43,532 bases of DNA from a bacterium (GCA_023251975.1 JAHEXU010000003.1:1-43532), one strand, 5' to 3'; shown: positions 34,904-42,750, counted from the first letter of the stretch. The notes: generated from the sequence alone by a model not told the origin. Numbers and translations are program-made.

Positions 34904-36705
34904 GGTCGCGCGACCAGGTCGGCGAGTTGCGCCCGAGCCAACTCCTGCACACCTTCGGTGTTGGCTCGACGGTCGAGCTCCCGGAGATGACGACGCTTGT
35001 GCTCGGCCTCGATGCCTGGCCCGAGGCGCTGTGCCAGCCGGTCAGTGAGCCCCGTCTGCTCGCCGCAGTCCAGGCCGCTTGCGGCCAGCAGGTCGGCCGG
35101 CTCCTCACACCGCCGGTCGTGGAAGACGAGTCGCCGGAAGGCGTCCCGGTCGCCCCATTCCCGCGCTGGCTCCGCTGCCCCTTGTGCTCGCTTCTGTCAC
35201 CGATCGACCACGGCGTCTTCACCCTTCGCCGCGACCGGTACCGTCCGGAGCGCACAACCTTCGTCCACGACGGCTGCCCCAAGAGCGTTGGTCGCCCGCC
35301 GACCACCTACCCGGCGCGGTATCTGATGGCCTGCGTCGAGGGGCACCTCGACGACTTCCCGTGGGTCGAGTTCCTCCATGGCGCGGACCCGTGCCAGGGC
35401 ACGCTGCGCCTCGTGGAACTCGGTGACGCCGGCCGGGCCGGCGACGTGCTCCTCTCTTGCGACGAGTGCCGCCGCAACCGGCGCCTCTCGCAGGCGTTCG
35501 GCAACGAGGCCGCCCCTTACCTGCCGCCGCGCTGTCGGGGCCGCCACCCGCACATCGGCAAGACCGGTACCTGCGACCAGCAGCCGACGACACTGATCTT
35601 GGGGGCCAGCAACTCATGGTTCCCTGTGCAGAGTTCCGCGTTGTCGATCCCGGCGCCGGGCGGGCGGCTCGCGCAGGCGGTCGAGGATGCATGGGCAGCG
35701 ATCTCGGAGTTCGAGGCAACCGAGGAGACTCTTCGTAAGCTGATGAACAGCAATCCGGTTCTGAAGGACCTTCGCGTGCTCTCCGGCGAACTCGGCCTCC
35801 CCGAGGTCGTCAAAGCCGTGCAGGCGCGGCATGACGGGGCCACGGACGAAGATCCGCGCGACCTTCGTACCCCGGAATGGCGCGTCCTATGCGATCCCGG
35901 AGCCGCGCCGGAGCTTCCCGACTTCAAGCTCCGCGCCGTCGGTCCGCCCGAGCAGTTGACGGCCGCATTCGCCGAGGTCGTGCTCGTCGAACGGCTTCGG
36001 GAGGTCAGTGCACTTCGCGGCTTCACCCGCATCAGCGCGCCCGACGACCTCGAGCAGACCGAGGGCAAGATCGCGCCGCTTACCCGCGATGCCCCGACTT
36101 GGCTTCCCTGCAGCGAGGTGCGCGGCGAAGGGATCTTCCTTCGCTTCCCTGAGGCTGCAATCGCGGCGTGGGAGGAGCGGTTCACCGCAGACCCCGCATA
36201 CGCGCGCCTCGGCGAAGCGCACGTCGCCTGGCGGGGGAGGCGCAACCTCCCGACCGACGAGGGCTGGCCGGTTCCTCGCTACGTCCTGCTGCACTCGCTT
36301 TCGCACGTGCTGATTCGCGAGCTCGCACTCGAGTGCGGATACACCGCCTCGTCGATTCGCGAGCGGATCTATGCCGACGATGGTGAGGAGCCGATGGCCG
36401 GGGTGCTCCTGTACACGGCGGCACCCGACAGCGAGGGCACCCTCGGCGGGCTCGTCTCGCTGGGTGAGCCGGAGAACCTCGGGCCGCTGCTGCGACAGGC
36501 GCTCGAGCGAGCACAACTGTGTTCGTCCGACCCGCTGTGCAGCGAGCACGATCCGCGCAGCGACAGCTCGCTGCACGTTGCCGCCTGCCACGCCTGCCAG
36601 TTCGCGTCGGAGACGTCGTGCGAGAAGGGCAACCGTTACCTCGACCGAGCCACGCTCGTGCCGACCCTCGGCGACGGCGACTACGCCTACTTCCAGGTCA
36701 AGTGA
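34900..36705 (+). CDS. drmB: DUF1998 domain protein, DISARM DrmB-like
   Basis: The GTG start overlaps the drmA stop (GTGA). The N-terminus VRSRDQVGELRPSQLLHTFGVGS, the cysteine clusters RCPLCSLL and GCPKS, and the C-terminal AACHACQFASETSCEKGNRYLDRATL (CHAC 36586-36597) are all typical of DUF1998. 601 aa. Confidence 0.87.
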   Translation: MRSRDQVGELRPSQLLHTFGVGSTVELPEMTTLVLGLDAWPEALCQPVSEPRLLAAVQAACGQQVGRLLTPPVVEDESPEGVPVAPFPRWLRCPLCSLLSPIDHGVFTLRRDRYRPERTTFVHDGCPKSVGRPPTTYPARYLMACVEGHLDDFPWVEFLHGADPCQGTLRLVELGDAGRAGDVLLSCDECRRNRRLSQAFGNEAAPYLPPRCRGRHPHIGKTGTCDQQPTTLILGASNSWFPVQSSALSIPAPGGRLAQAVEDAWAAISEFEATEETLRKLMNSNPVLKDLRVLSGELGLPEVVKAVQARHDGATDEDPRDLRTPEWRVLCDPGAAPELPDFKLRAVGPPEQLTAAFAEVVLVERLREVSALRGFTRISAPDDLEQTEGKIAPLTRDAPTWLPCSEVRGEGIFLRFPEAAIAAWEERFTADPAYARLGEAHVAWRGRRNLPTDEGWPVPRYVLLHSLSHVLIRELALECGYTASSIRERIYADDGEEPMAGVLLYTAAPDSEGTLGGLVSLGEPENLGPLLRQALERAQLCSSDPLCSEHDPRSDSSLHVAACHACQFASETSCEKGNRYLDRATLVPTLGDGDYAYFQVK

Positions 36706-36706
36706 C

Positions 36707-37450
36707 GTGGACCTCGAGGCGGCGGTTCATGTGCTGCTCGAGCGCCTCAGCGAGACGCAGATCGACACCTTTGCGGCCATCGCCGCCAGCCACGACCAGC
36801 CGCCGGCCGCGTTTGCGGGTGTTGTCGCGGGCGGGTCACCGGGGGCGCAGCAGGCCGTTAATGACGTGCTCGCTGGTTGGCGAGCGGAGCCCGGGCTGAC
36901 CGGTACCGGGCTCGCGCTCGCGCTGCGCATCGGCTCGCGACTTCGCCGGCAGGCGGTCGAGCGGCGCAGCACGCCGGTGTGGACGGGGCCAAAGGCCGTC
37001 GGCGAGCGCCGCCTGACGAGCGGGACCCTGCACGGGCTGCTCGTCCAGGCCAAAGAGCGAATCCTTCTTGTTAGCTACGCGGCCTACGCGCTTCCCGAGG
37101 TCGCCGACGACCTCGCCGCCGCAGCCGCGCGCGGCTGCGCCGTCGACGTCGTTTTCGAGACCTCAGCCGACGGCTCGGGATACGACGGGCCGTCGACGGC
37201 CTTCGACGCAGTAGAGGGCCTACGGCGCTGGCGCTGGCCCAAGGGCAACCGCCCGCCGGGGGCGTCGCTCCACGCGAAGCTGCTGGTGATCGACGGCCGG
37301 CGCGCTCTCATCGGGTCGGCCAACCTGACGAACTCCGCGCTGACTCGCAACCTCGAAGCTGGCCTATTGGTCCGCGACGAAAGCGTCGCAGCAGACCTCG
37401 AGCAACACGTGCGCGATCTCATCACCAGCGGCGTCCTCTGCCCGAGTTGA
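36707..37450 (+). CDS. drmC: phospholipase D superfamily (single HKD, Nuc-like) nuclease, DISARM DrmC-like
   Basis: GTG start 1 nt after the drmB stop. HKD motif HAKLLVIDGRRALIGSANLTNSAL (37271-37324). 247 aa. Confidence 0.87.
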   Translation: MDLEAAVHVLLERLSETQIDTFAAIAASHDQPPAAFAGVVAGGSPGAQQAVNDVLAGWRAEPGLTGTGLALALRIGSRLRRQAVERRSTPVWTGPKAVGERRLTSGTLHGLLVQAKERILLVSYAAYALPEVADDLAAAAARGCAVDVVFETSADGSGYDGPSTAFDAVEGLRRWRWPKGNRPPGASLHAKLLVIDGRRALIGSANLTNSALTRNLEAGLLVRDESVAADLEQHVRDLITSGVLCPS

Positions 37451-37962
37451 CGCCCCTTCTGTCTCCACAAACGCGCCCCGCCGCGCGATTCGATGCGCCG
37501 CCGCCCGAGGTCACCGAGCATCTCGTGCGCCTTGGTGAGTGGTTGCAGGGGACGGAGGCCGCGGCAAGTCTGAACGTCAAGAAGCTCGCCGCGCATTCAG
37601 ATGGCGCCTACCGAGTGCGCACCGGAGACTGACGCACGATCTTCTTCCGGGCCGGCGACGACATCCTCGTCGCCGCGATCGGACCGCGGCGCGACATCGA
37701 CGAGCTCCTTCCCAAGATCCGCCTCGCACGCCGGGCTGGCGGCATCACGATCGTCGAGCCTCGGACGGCCGAGGGATCCGCTGACGAACCGCTGAGAACG
37801 GCAACTCGCACTGGCCCCAGTGCGGCCCCGCCGTTCCCAACCGCGCCGCGCGCCGTCCGACCACGACCTACGCAGCATCTCCAGACCGCCTTCAGCCCTG
37901 TCGACGACGCCATGTTGCACGGCATCGTCGACGAGCGTAGGAACGGGCCGCGTCGGTGGTGA
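37447..37962 (+). pseudogene. RelE/ParE-like toxin ORF interrupted by in-frame TGA (37630-37632)
   Basis: The frame reads ...LNVKKLAAHSDGAYRVRTGD*RTIFFRAGDDILVAAIGPRRDIDELL. It matches the RelE/ParE core (Y-R-h-R-x-G-D-[YW]-R-h-h-[YF]...h-G-x-R-x-x-h-Y), with the stop at the aromatic position. The TTG start overlaps the drmC stop. Confidence 0.45.
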
Positions 37963-38040
37963 GGGCCAGCAACCGCTCGTCTCAAATACATCTCGAGCCT
38001 TCTCGATCAGCGAGCCGCGGAGCTCGAAAAGGTCAACAAG

Positions 38041-38064
38041 TAGCCCGGCATCTGCGCCGGGCTA
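38041..38064. terminator. 9-bp perfect stem / 6-nt loop hairpin
   Basis: TAGCCCGGC atctgc GCCGGGCTA read directly. Lies between the RelE-like frame and the next antitoxin gene. Confidence 0.3.
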
Positions 38065-38119
38065 CGCGACGATCTCCCGTTGGTTGCATCAGATGTTGTC
38101 ACCAAATACACTAAACATC

Positions 38120-38356
38120 ATGGCGCGAACGACAATCGATCTCGATGCATCGGTCCTCGAGCAGTTGCGTACGCGAGCGCGACGCGAGGGCAAGTCGATG
38201 GGGCGGGTCGGGTCGGAGTTGCTCTCCCGCGCCCTGTCGGATTCTGACCCGGAGCCGCCACAGGACTTCGAGTGGGTCGTCCATCGGCTCGGCCGGCCGC
38301 GAGTTGACCTCGAGGACGACGAGGCGGTCCGTCGGGCGCTCGGCGGCGATCGATGA
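38120..38356 (+). CDS. vapB: VapB-type antitoxin
   Basis: MARTTIDLDASVLEQLRTRARREGKSMGRVGSELLSRAL is a typical VapB-family N-terminus. ATGA overlap with the PIN gene. Confidence 0.8.
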   Translation: MARTTIDLDASVLEQLRTRARREGKSMGRVGSELLSRALSDSDPEPPQDFEWVVHRLGRPRVDLEDDEAVRRALGGDR

Positions 38357-38784
38357 GCCAGACAGTCGATGCCAACATCCTGATCTATGCGATCAACGAG
38401 GACGCGCCGGAGTTTGAGGTCGCCTCGAAGTTGCTCAATCGGCTCGGTCGTGGACCTGATTTGGTGTATTTGTTCTGGCCGACGGTGTTCGCCTTCCTTC
38501 GACTGGCTACACATCCCGCCATCCTGCCGAACCCGCTCAGCGCCTCGGAGGCCGAGCGCGCGATCGAGCGCCTGACCGAACGCTCGCACGTCAAGAGTCC
38601 AGGAGAGGGCACCGGCTTTTGGAACGTGTATTTGCAAACGGCTGGTGCCCCCCGCGGCAATCAGGTTCCCGACGCCCATCTCGCCGCCCTGATGCGCGCC
38701 CACGGGGTTCGCACCATCTACACCCGCGACCGGGACTTCCGCCGCTTCAACGGGATCGAGGCGCTGGACCCGTTCGTCGGCTGA
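38353..38784 (+). CDS. vapC: PIN domain toxin VapC
   Basis: MSQTVDANILIYAINEDAPEF (N-terminal acidic residue). VPDAHLAALMRAHGVRTIYTRDRDFRRF (C-terminal PIN motif). 143 aa. Confidence 0.85.
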   Translation: MSQTVDANILIYAINEDAPEFEVASKLLNRLGRGPDLVYLFWPTVFAFLRLATHPAILPNPLSASEAERAIERLTERSHVKSPGEGTGFWNVYLQTAGAPRGNQVPDAHLAALMRAHGVRTIYTRDRDFRRFNGIEALDPFVG

Positions 38785-38802
38785 GATGACAGGGCGCCGC
38801 AA

Positions 38803-38822
38803 GGGGGTGGGGGTGGGCAGGG
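38803..38822 (+). other. G-quadruplex-forming motif in a convergent intergenic region
   Basis: GGGGGTGGGGGTGGGCAGGG: four G-runs of 3 or more with 1-2 nt loops. Lies between the vapC stop (38784) and the CoA-transferase stop (38860). Confidence 0.3.
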
Positions 38823-38859
38823 TGATCGCCCGCCCGGGCTTCTCTCCCGTTGGCGTTCG

Positions 38860-40068
38860 CTACTCGGGTCCCGCGACCAGGCCGCTGTCGTAGAGCCGGG
38901 CGATCTCGGGCTCGCCGAGGCGCAGGAGGTCGGCCAGGATCTGTTCGGTGTCCTCGCCGAGCCGGGGGGCGCGGCGGACCGAAACCCGCTCCCGACCGAC
39001 GAAGTCAAGCGGCGAACCGGGCATCAGGTAGGAGCCGAGGCCGGGGTGTTCGACCTGCGACCACATCGGGTTGTCGGTTGAGCAGCGCGGGTCCTCGTCG
39101 ATCAGTTGCAAAAAGGTCTGGTAGGGACCCCAGGAAACGCCGGTGTCGGCGAACGCCTGGCGGATCTCGACCAGGGTTCGAACTCCGAACCAGGGGCGAA
39201 GTAGCGCCGCGATCAGCTCGCGGGCCTCGAATCGGCCTGCCTCGGTGTCGAGATCGACCTTGGTCGTACTTTCGATCGTCTCGCAGGAGCCGTGGAAATC
39301 GGTTGCCCGCTTTAGCGCCTCCCACTGTCGATTGGTCAGCGCGACGATCATCACACGGCGCTGATCGGCGGTCTTGAAGTCGTGTCCGAAGGCGCCGTAA
39401 AGGTAGTTGCCGTCCTTGTCTTGGTCGCGCGACTCGATCTGCGCTTCGGCGATCCGGCCGAGGTGGCCGACCACCGCGAAGGCGACATCAGACAGGGCGA
39501 GTCGGACGAGGCCGCCGCGGCCGGTTCGGGAGCGATCTCGTTCCGCGCTCAGGAGGCCGATTGCCGCCAACTCGCCAAGCGCGACATCCCAGGCGGGAAG
39601 GACGCTGTTGAGCGGCTCGGCGAGGTTTCGCGGGCCGGTCGCCCAGGGGAAGCCGGTTGCCGGGTTGACGGTGTAATCGACCTCGCTGGTCCCATCAGGA
39701 TTGCCAGCCAGGGCAACCATGATCAGGTCCTTGCGGAGCGCCTGGAGTTGGTCGTAGCCGAGCCAGCCCCGGGCAGGAAAGTTGGTTAGAAAGCAGCCAG
39801 CGTCGGCCCCCGGCGCGGTGATCAGGGCCTGGACCAGCTCGCGACCCTCGGGACGATCGAGGTCGACCCGAATCGAGCGCTTGTTCTTGTTCAGCCCGGC
39901 CCAAAAAAGGCTCTGGCCGTCAGCGGCGAGCGGCCAGCGGTCGTGGTCGAGCCCACCCTGGATTCGGTCGAAGCGAATCACGTCAGCGCCGAGTTGGGCC
40001 AGCGTCATCCCGCCGAGTGGGGCGGCGACGAAGGCCGAGCCCTCGATTACCCGCAGGCCCGACAGCAT
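38860..40068 (-). CDS. family III CoA-transferase (CaiB/BaiF family)
   Basis: MLSGLRVIEGSAFVAAPLGGMTLAQLGADVIRFD is a typical CaiB/BaiF N-terminus. Start moved to the internal ATG at 40068 to avoid overlap with the upstream gene. Confidence 0.88.
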   Translation of the reverse strand: MLSGLRVIEGSAFVAAPLGGMTLAQLGADVIRFDRIQGGLDHDRWPLAADGQSLFWAGLNKNKRSIRVDLDRPEGRELVQALITAPGADAGCFLTNFPARGWLGYDQLQALRKDLIMVALAGNPDGTSEVDYTVNPATGFPWATGPRNLAEPLNSVLPAWDVALGELAAIGLLSAERDRSRTGRGGLVRLALSDVAFAVVGHLGRIAEAQIESRDQDKDGNYLYGAFGHDFKTADQRRVMIVALTNRQWEALKRATDFHGSCETIESTTKVDLDTEAGRFEARELIAALLRPWFGVRTLVEIRQAFADTGVSWGPYQTFLQLIDEDPRCSTDNPMWSQVEHPGLGSYLMPGSPLDFVGRERVSVRRAPRLGEDTEQILADLLRLGEPEIARLYDSGLVAGPE

Positions 40069-40082
40069 CCCGGCGGCGCCGC

Positions 40083-41036
40083 TCACGGCAGCACCGCGAC
40101 GAAGCGCCAATCGAGCACCGCGACCGGATCGGCGCAGGGGCGGCGGGCCTCGACTCGCGAGCGCAGGTGGGCGAGGTTGCCGTGGCGCCGCTCGACCTCG
40201 ACGGCGCTGTGCAGGGTGTCGCCCTCATAGACCGGCGCCAGGTGGTCGCAGCTGTGCCAGCCGACGATCGTGACCAGGTTTGGCAGCGCCCGACTTGCCT
40301 GGGCGGCGGCGATACCGATCGTGTGGCCGCCGTAGACGAGGCGACGACCGCCGGCGGCGGAACTGTCGTGGTGAACCATCGCCAGGTTGAGCGAGAGCCG
40401 GGCCAGCGCGGTCGCGTTGCTGACGAGATCGCCGCCTTCCAGCTCGAGCACGCTGCCGGGGGCGAGCTCGGTCGGCGGCCAGGCCTCGGCGCCGAGTTCC
40501 CAGTCGCTAAAAAACCCACCGGACAGCTCGCTTGCTCGCAGTTCGAGCGCCGAGCCGACATCGTCGTTATGGCCCGGTGGGTCGGCGCCGGGGGCGAGCG
40601 GCAGCATCGCGCAGCGGACGAAGTCGAGAACCGCCCGATCGGCCTGATCGACGGTTCGGATTCGTAGCGCCGCCAGCCCGGCAGGTCGCGAGGAGAGATC
40701 GCGCAGGCCGACCACCTCGGTGCTGGTCCGCAAGGTGTCGCCGATCCTCGGCAGGCGGTGCAGCCGGAGGCCGCGGTAAAAAAGGTTGGCGATCACCCGC
40801 TGGGTGATCAGGGTCGATTGGCCGATCGCGACATCCCAGACCAGACCCGGATGGGCGAAGGTTCCGGCGCCAGCGCCAATCCGCTGCGCCGCTGCGGCGT
40901 CGAGTGAGAGCCGCAGCCGGTCGCCGAGGATCGCCTGGTGGAGCGCCGCGACTCCCTCGGTCAGGGTCATCGCCGGGGCGTCCTCGCGACGATCGCCACG
41001 CCGCAACTCGTCGTAGTACGGGCCGCCGAACTTCAC
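40083..41036 (-). CDS. MaoC-like double hot-dog enoyl-CoA hydratase (itaconyl/mesaconyl-CoA hydratase-like)
   Basis: 317 aa with two hot-dog halves (FAHPGLVWDVAIGQS...; VYGGHTIGIAAAQASR...). ATGA overlap with the CitE-like gene upstream. Confidence 0.7.
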   Translation of the reverse strand: MKFGGPYYDELRRGDRREDAPAMTLTEGVAALHQAILGDRLRLSLDAAAAQRIGAGAGTFAHPGLVWDVAIGQSTLITQRVIANLFYRGLRLHRLPRIGDTLRTSTEVVGLRDLSSRPAGLAALRIRTVDQADRAVLDFVRCAMLPLAPGADPPGHNDDVGSALELRASELSGGFFSDWELGAEAWPPTELAPGSVLELEGGDLVSNATALARLSLNLAMVHHDSSAAGGRRLVYGGHTIGIAAAQASRALPNLVTIVGWHSCDHLAPVYEGDTLHSAVEVERRHGNLAHLRSRVEARRPCADPVAVLDWRFVAVLP

Positions 41037-41908
41037 GGCCCCGCTGGCTCGCCCACCCCGGCGCGGGCCAGGATGCGACGGGCCGACACCGCCGTCGCCT
41101 CGTCGATCATCTCGCCATCAAGCGCGGCAGCGCCGCGGCCTGCCCGTGCCGCCTCGGCGAGCGCGGCGAGGATCGCGCCGGCGCGCTCAATCTCGGCCGC
41201 AGCGGGAGTGAAGATCTGGTTGAGGCGGTCGATCTGCGAGGGGTGAATGGCCCACTTTCCGTCGAACCCGAGCGCCGCCGCGTGAGTGGCTGAAGCCTCG
41301 AATGCGGGCCCGGTATCGGTGCCGAGCCAGGGGCCGTCGATCGCTCGCAGCCGGTTGGCGCGGGCGTTGATCAGGACCGCCTCTTGGCAGGCCAGCCAGA
41401 GGGCCGGCGCGGTATCGATCGCTGAGCGCCCAAGCGATGCACCGAGGTCGGCGTAGCCGATGATCATCGCTGTCAGTCGCCGCGAACAAGCGCCGATCTC
41501 AGCCAGCCCGGCAAGTCCGCGCGCGGTCTCGATCAGCGCCTGGGTGGTAATCGAGGAGTCGCCGAGCAGGGCGTCGACGGCGCTCAGGTCAGTGGCCGAC
41601 TCAACCTTCGGGACGACCACGCAATCAAGCCCCGGTACCTTCGCCAGGGCGATCAGGTCGTCGGCCTGCCAAGGCGATCCGACGGCGTTGATCCGGACGC
41701 TGATCGAGGCGGCGGCGAAGCCCCCCTCGCTGATCGCGGCGACAACTCGCTCACGGGCTTCGAGCTTGTGGGAGGGCGGCACCGCGTCCTCGAGGTCGAT
41801 CACCAACTCGTCGGCGACCAGGCCTTTGGATTTTGCGAGTGCGCGCTGATTCGACCCGGGCACCGCCAGGCAAGAGCGGTGCCGACTTGCCGAAGCGGGG
41901 CTGCTCAT
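41033..41908 (-). CDS. HpcH/HpaI aldolase / citrate lyase beta subunit-like (CitE-like) acyl-CoA lyase
   Basis: RSCLAVPGSNQRALAKSKGLVADELVIDLEDAVPP and IIGYADLGASLG are CitE signatures. Start at MSSPASAS (41908), ATGA overlap with the fabI stop. The Arg-rich 90-aa upstream extension was rejected. Confidence 0.85.
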   Translation of the reverse strand: MSSPASASRHRSCLAVPGSNQRALAKSKGLVADELVIDLEDAVPPSHKLEARERVVAAISEGGFAAASISVRINAVGSPWQADDLIALAKVPGLDCVVVPKVESATDLSAVDALLGDSSITTQALIETARGLAGLAEIGACSRRLTAMIIGYADLGASLGRSAIDTAPALWLACQEAVLINARANRLRAIDGPWLGTDTGPAFEASATHAAALGFDGKWAIHPSQIDRLNQIFTPAAAEIERAGAILAALAEAARAGRGAAALDGEMIDEATAVSARRILARAGVGEPAGP

Positions 41909-42750
41909 AGGTTGGTTGCTGAGCTTAGAGCGACCGCGTGAAAGCCGCCGTCGACGTGCAGGATCTCGCCGGAGACGGCGCGGCTGGCGTCGGACAAAAG
42001 GAAGCAGACGGCGTCGGCGACCGGGCCGGGGTCGGTCTGCTGCCAGCCCAACGGGGCGCGTCTTTGCCACTCGTCGCCGAGCTTGCCGAAGCCGGGGATC
42101 CCCGACGCCGCCGCTGTCTCGATCGGCCCGGCCGAGACCAGGTTGGAGCGGATCCCGAGTGGCCCGAGGTCGCGACACAGGTAGCGGTTGACCGACTCAA
42201 ACGCCGCCTTTGCCACCCCCATCCAGTCATAGACCGGCCAGGCGATCGTGGCGTCGAAATCGAGTCCGACGATCGCCGATCCGGGCGCCATCAGCGGCGC
42301 CAGCGAGGCCGCCAACGACTTCATCGAGAAGGCGCTGGTGATGAAGGCCTGGGCGGCGCTGTCGGCGGGAGTGGTGAGGAACTCGCCTCCGAGCGCATCG
42401 GCGGGGGCGTAGGCAATCGCGTGGAGGACGCCGTCGAGGCGATCCCAGCGCTTCGCGATCCGGCCGCTGAGGCTTTTGAGGTCATCCTCGTTGGTCGCGT
42501 CAAGCTCGAGCACATCCGGGGTCAGTGGGAGTCGCTTGGCGGCGCGTTCGGTCATCCGCCGGGTCCGCCCGAAGCCGCTCAAGATCACCTCGGCTCCCTC
42601 CAATTGGGCGCGCTCGGCAACCGCGAAGGCAATTGAGTTGTGGGTGATCACGCCGGTGATTAGGAGGCGCTTGCCGTCAAGGCCACTGGGGCGGCGACGG
42701 CTCGGCGACGGCTCCACCCGCTCAGGTTCGATCAGCTCACTCAACCCCAT
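41905..42750 (-). CDS. fabI: NADH-dependent enoyl-[acyl-carrier-protein] reductase (FabI/InhA-like)
   Basis: LDGKRLLITGVITHNSIAFAVAERAQLEGAEVILSGF (dinucleotide fold typical of InhA), AYAP...., and KAAFESVNRYLCRDLGPLGIRSNLVSAGPI (Y-x6-K region). Confidence 0.9.
   Translation of the reverse strand: MGLSELIEPERVEPSPSRRRPSGLDGKRLLITGVITHNSIAFAVAERAQLEGAEVILSGFGRTRRMTERAAKRLPLTPDVLELDATNEDDLKSLSGRIAKRWDRLDGVLHAIAYAPADALGGEFLTTPADSAAQAFITSAFSMKSLAASLAPLMAPGSAIVGLDFDATIAWPVYDWMGVAKAAFESVNRYLCRDLGPLGIRSNLVSAGPIETAAASGIPGFGKLGDEWQRRAPLGWQQTDPGPVADAVCFLLSDASRAVSGEILHVDGGFHAVALSSATNL

Noticed and set aside
37597-37991. Minus-strand ORFs 37597-37920 and 37608-37991 downstream of drmC
   Set aside because: The translations are Arg/Gly/Ser-rich without motifs. 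The plus-strand frame shows a specific RelE/ParE-like core, so the plus-strand interpretation was preferred.
41909-42178. 90-aa N-terminal extension of the CitE-like ORF overlapping fabI
   Set aside because: The extension is extremely Arg-rich (RRRRLLPFVRRQPRRLRRDPARRRRL) and lies inside the well-supported fabI frame. The internal ATG at 41908 gives an ATGA junction with the fabI stop.
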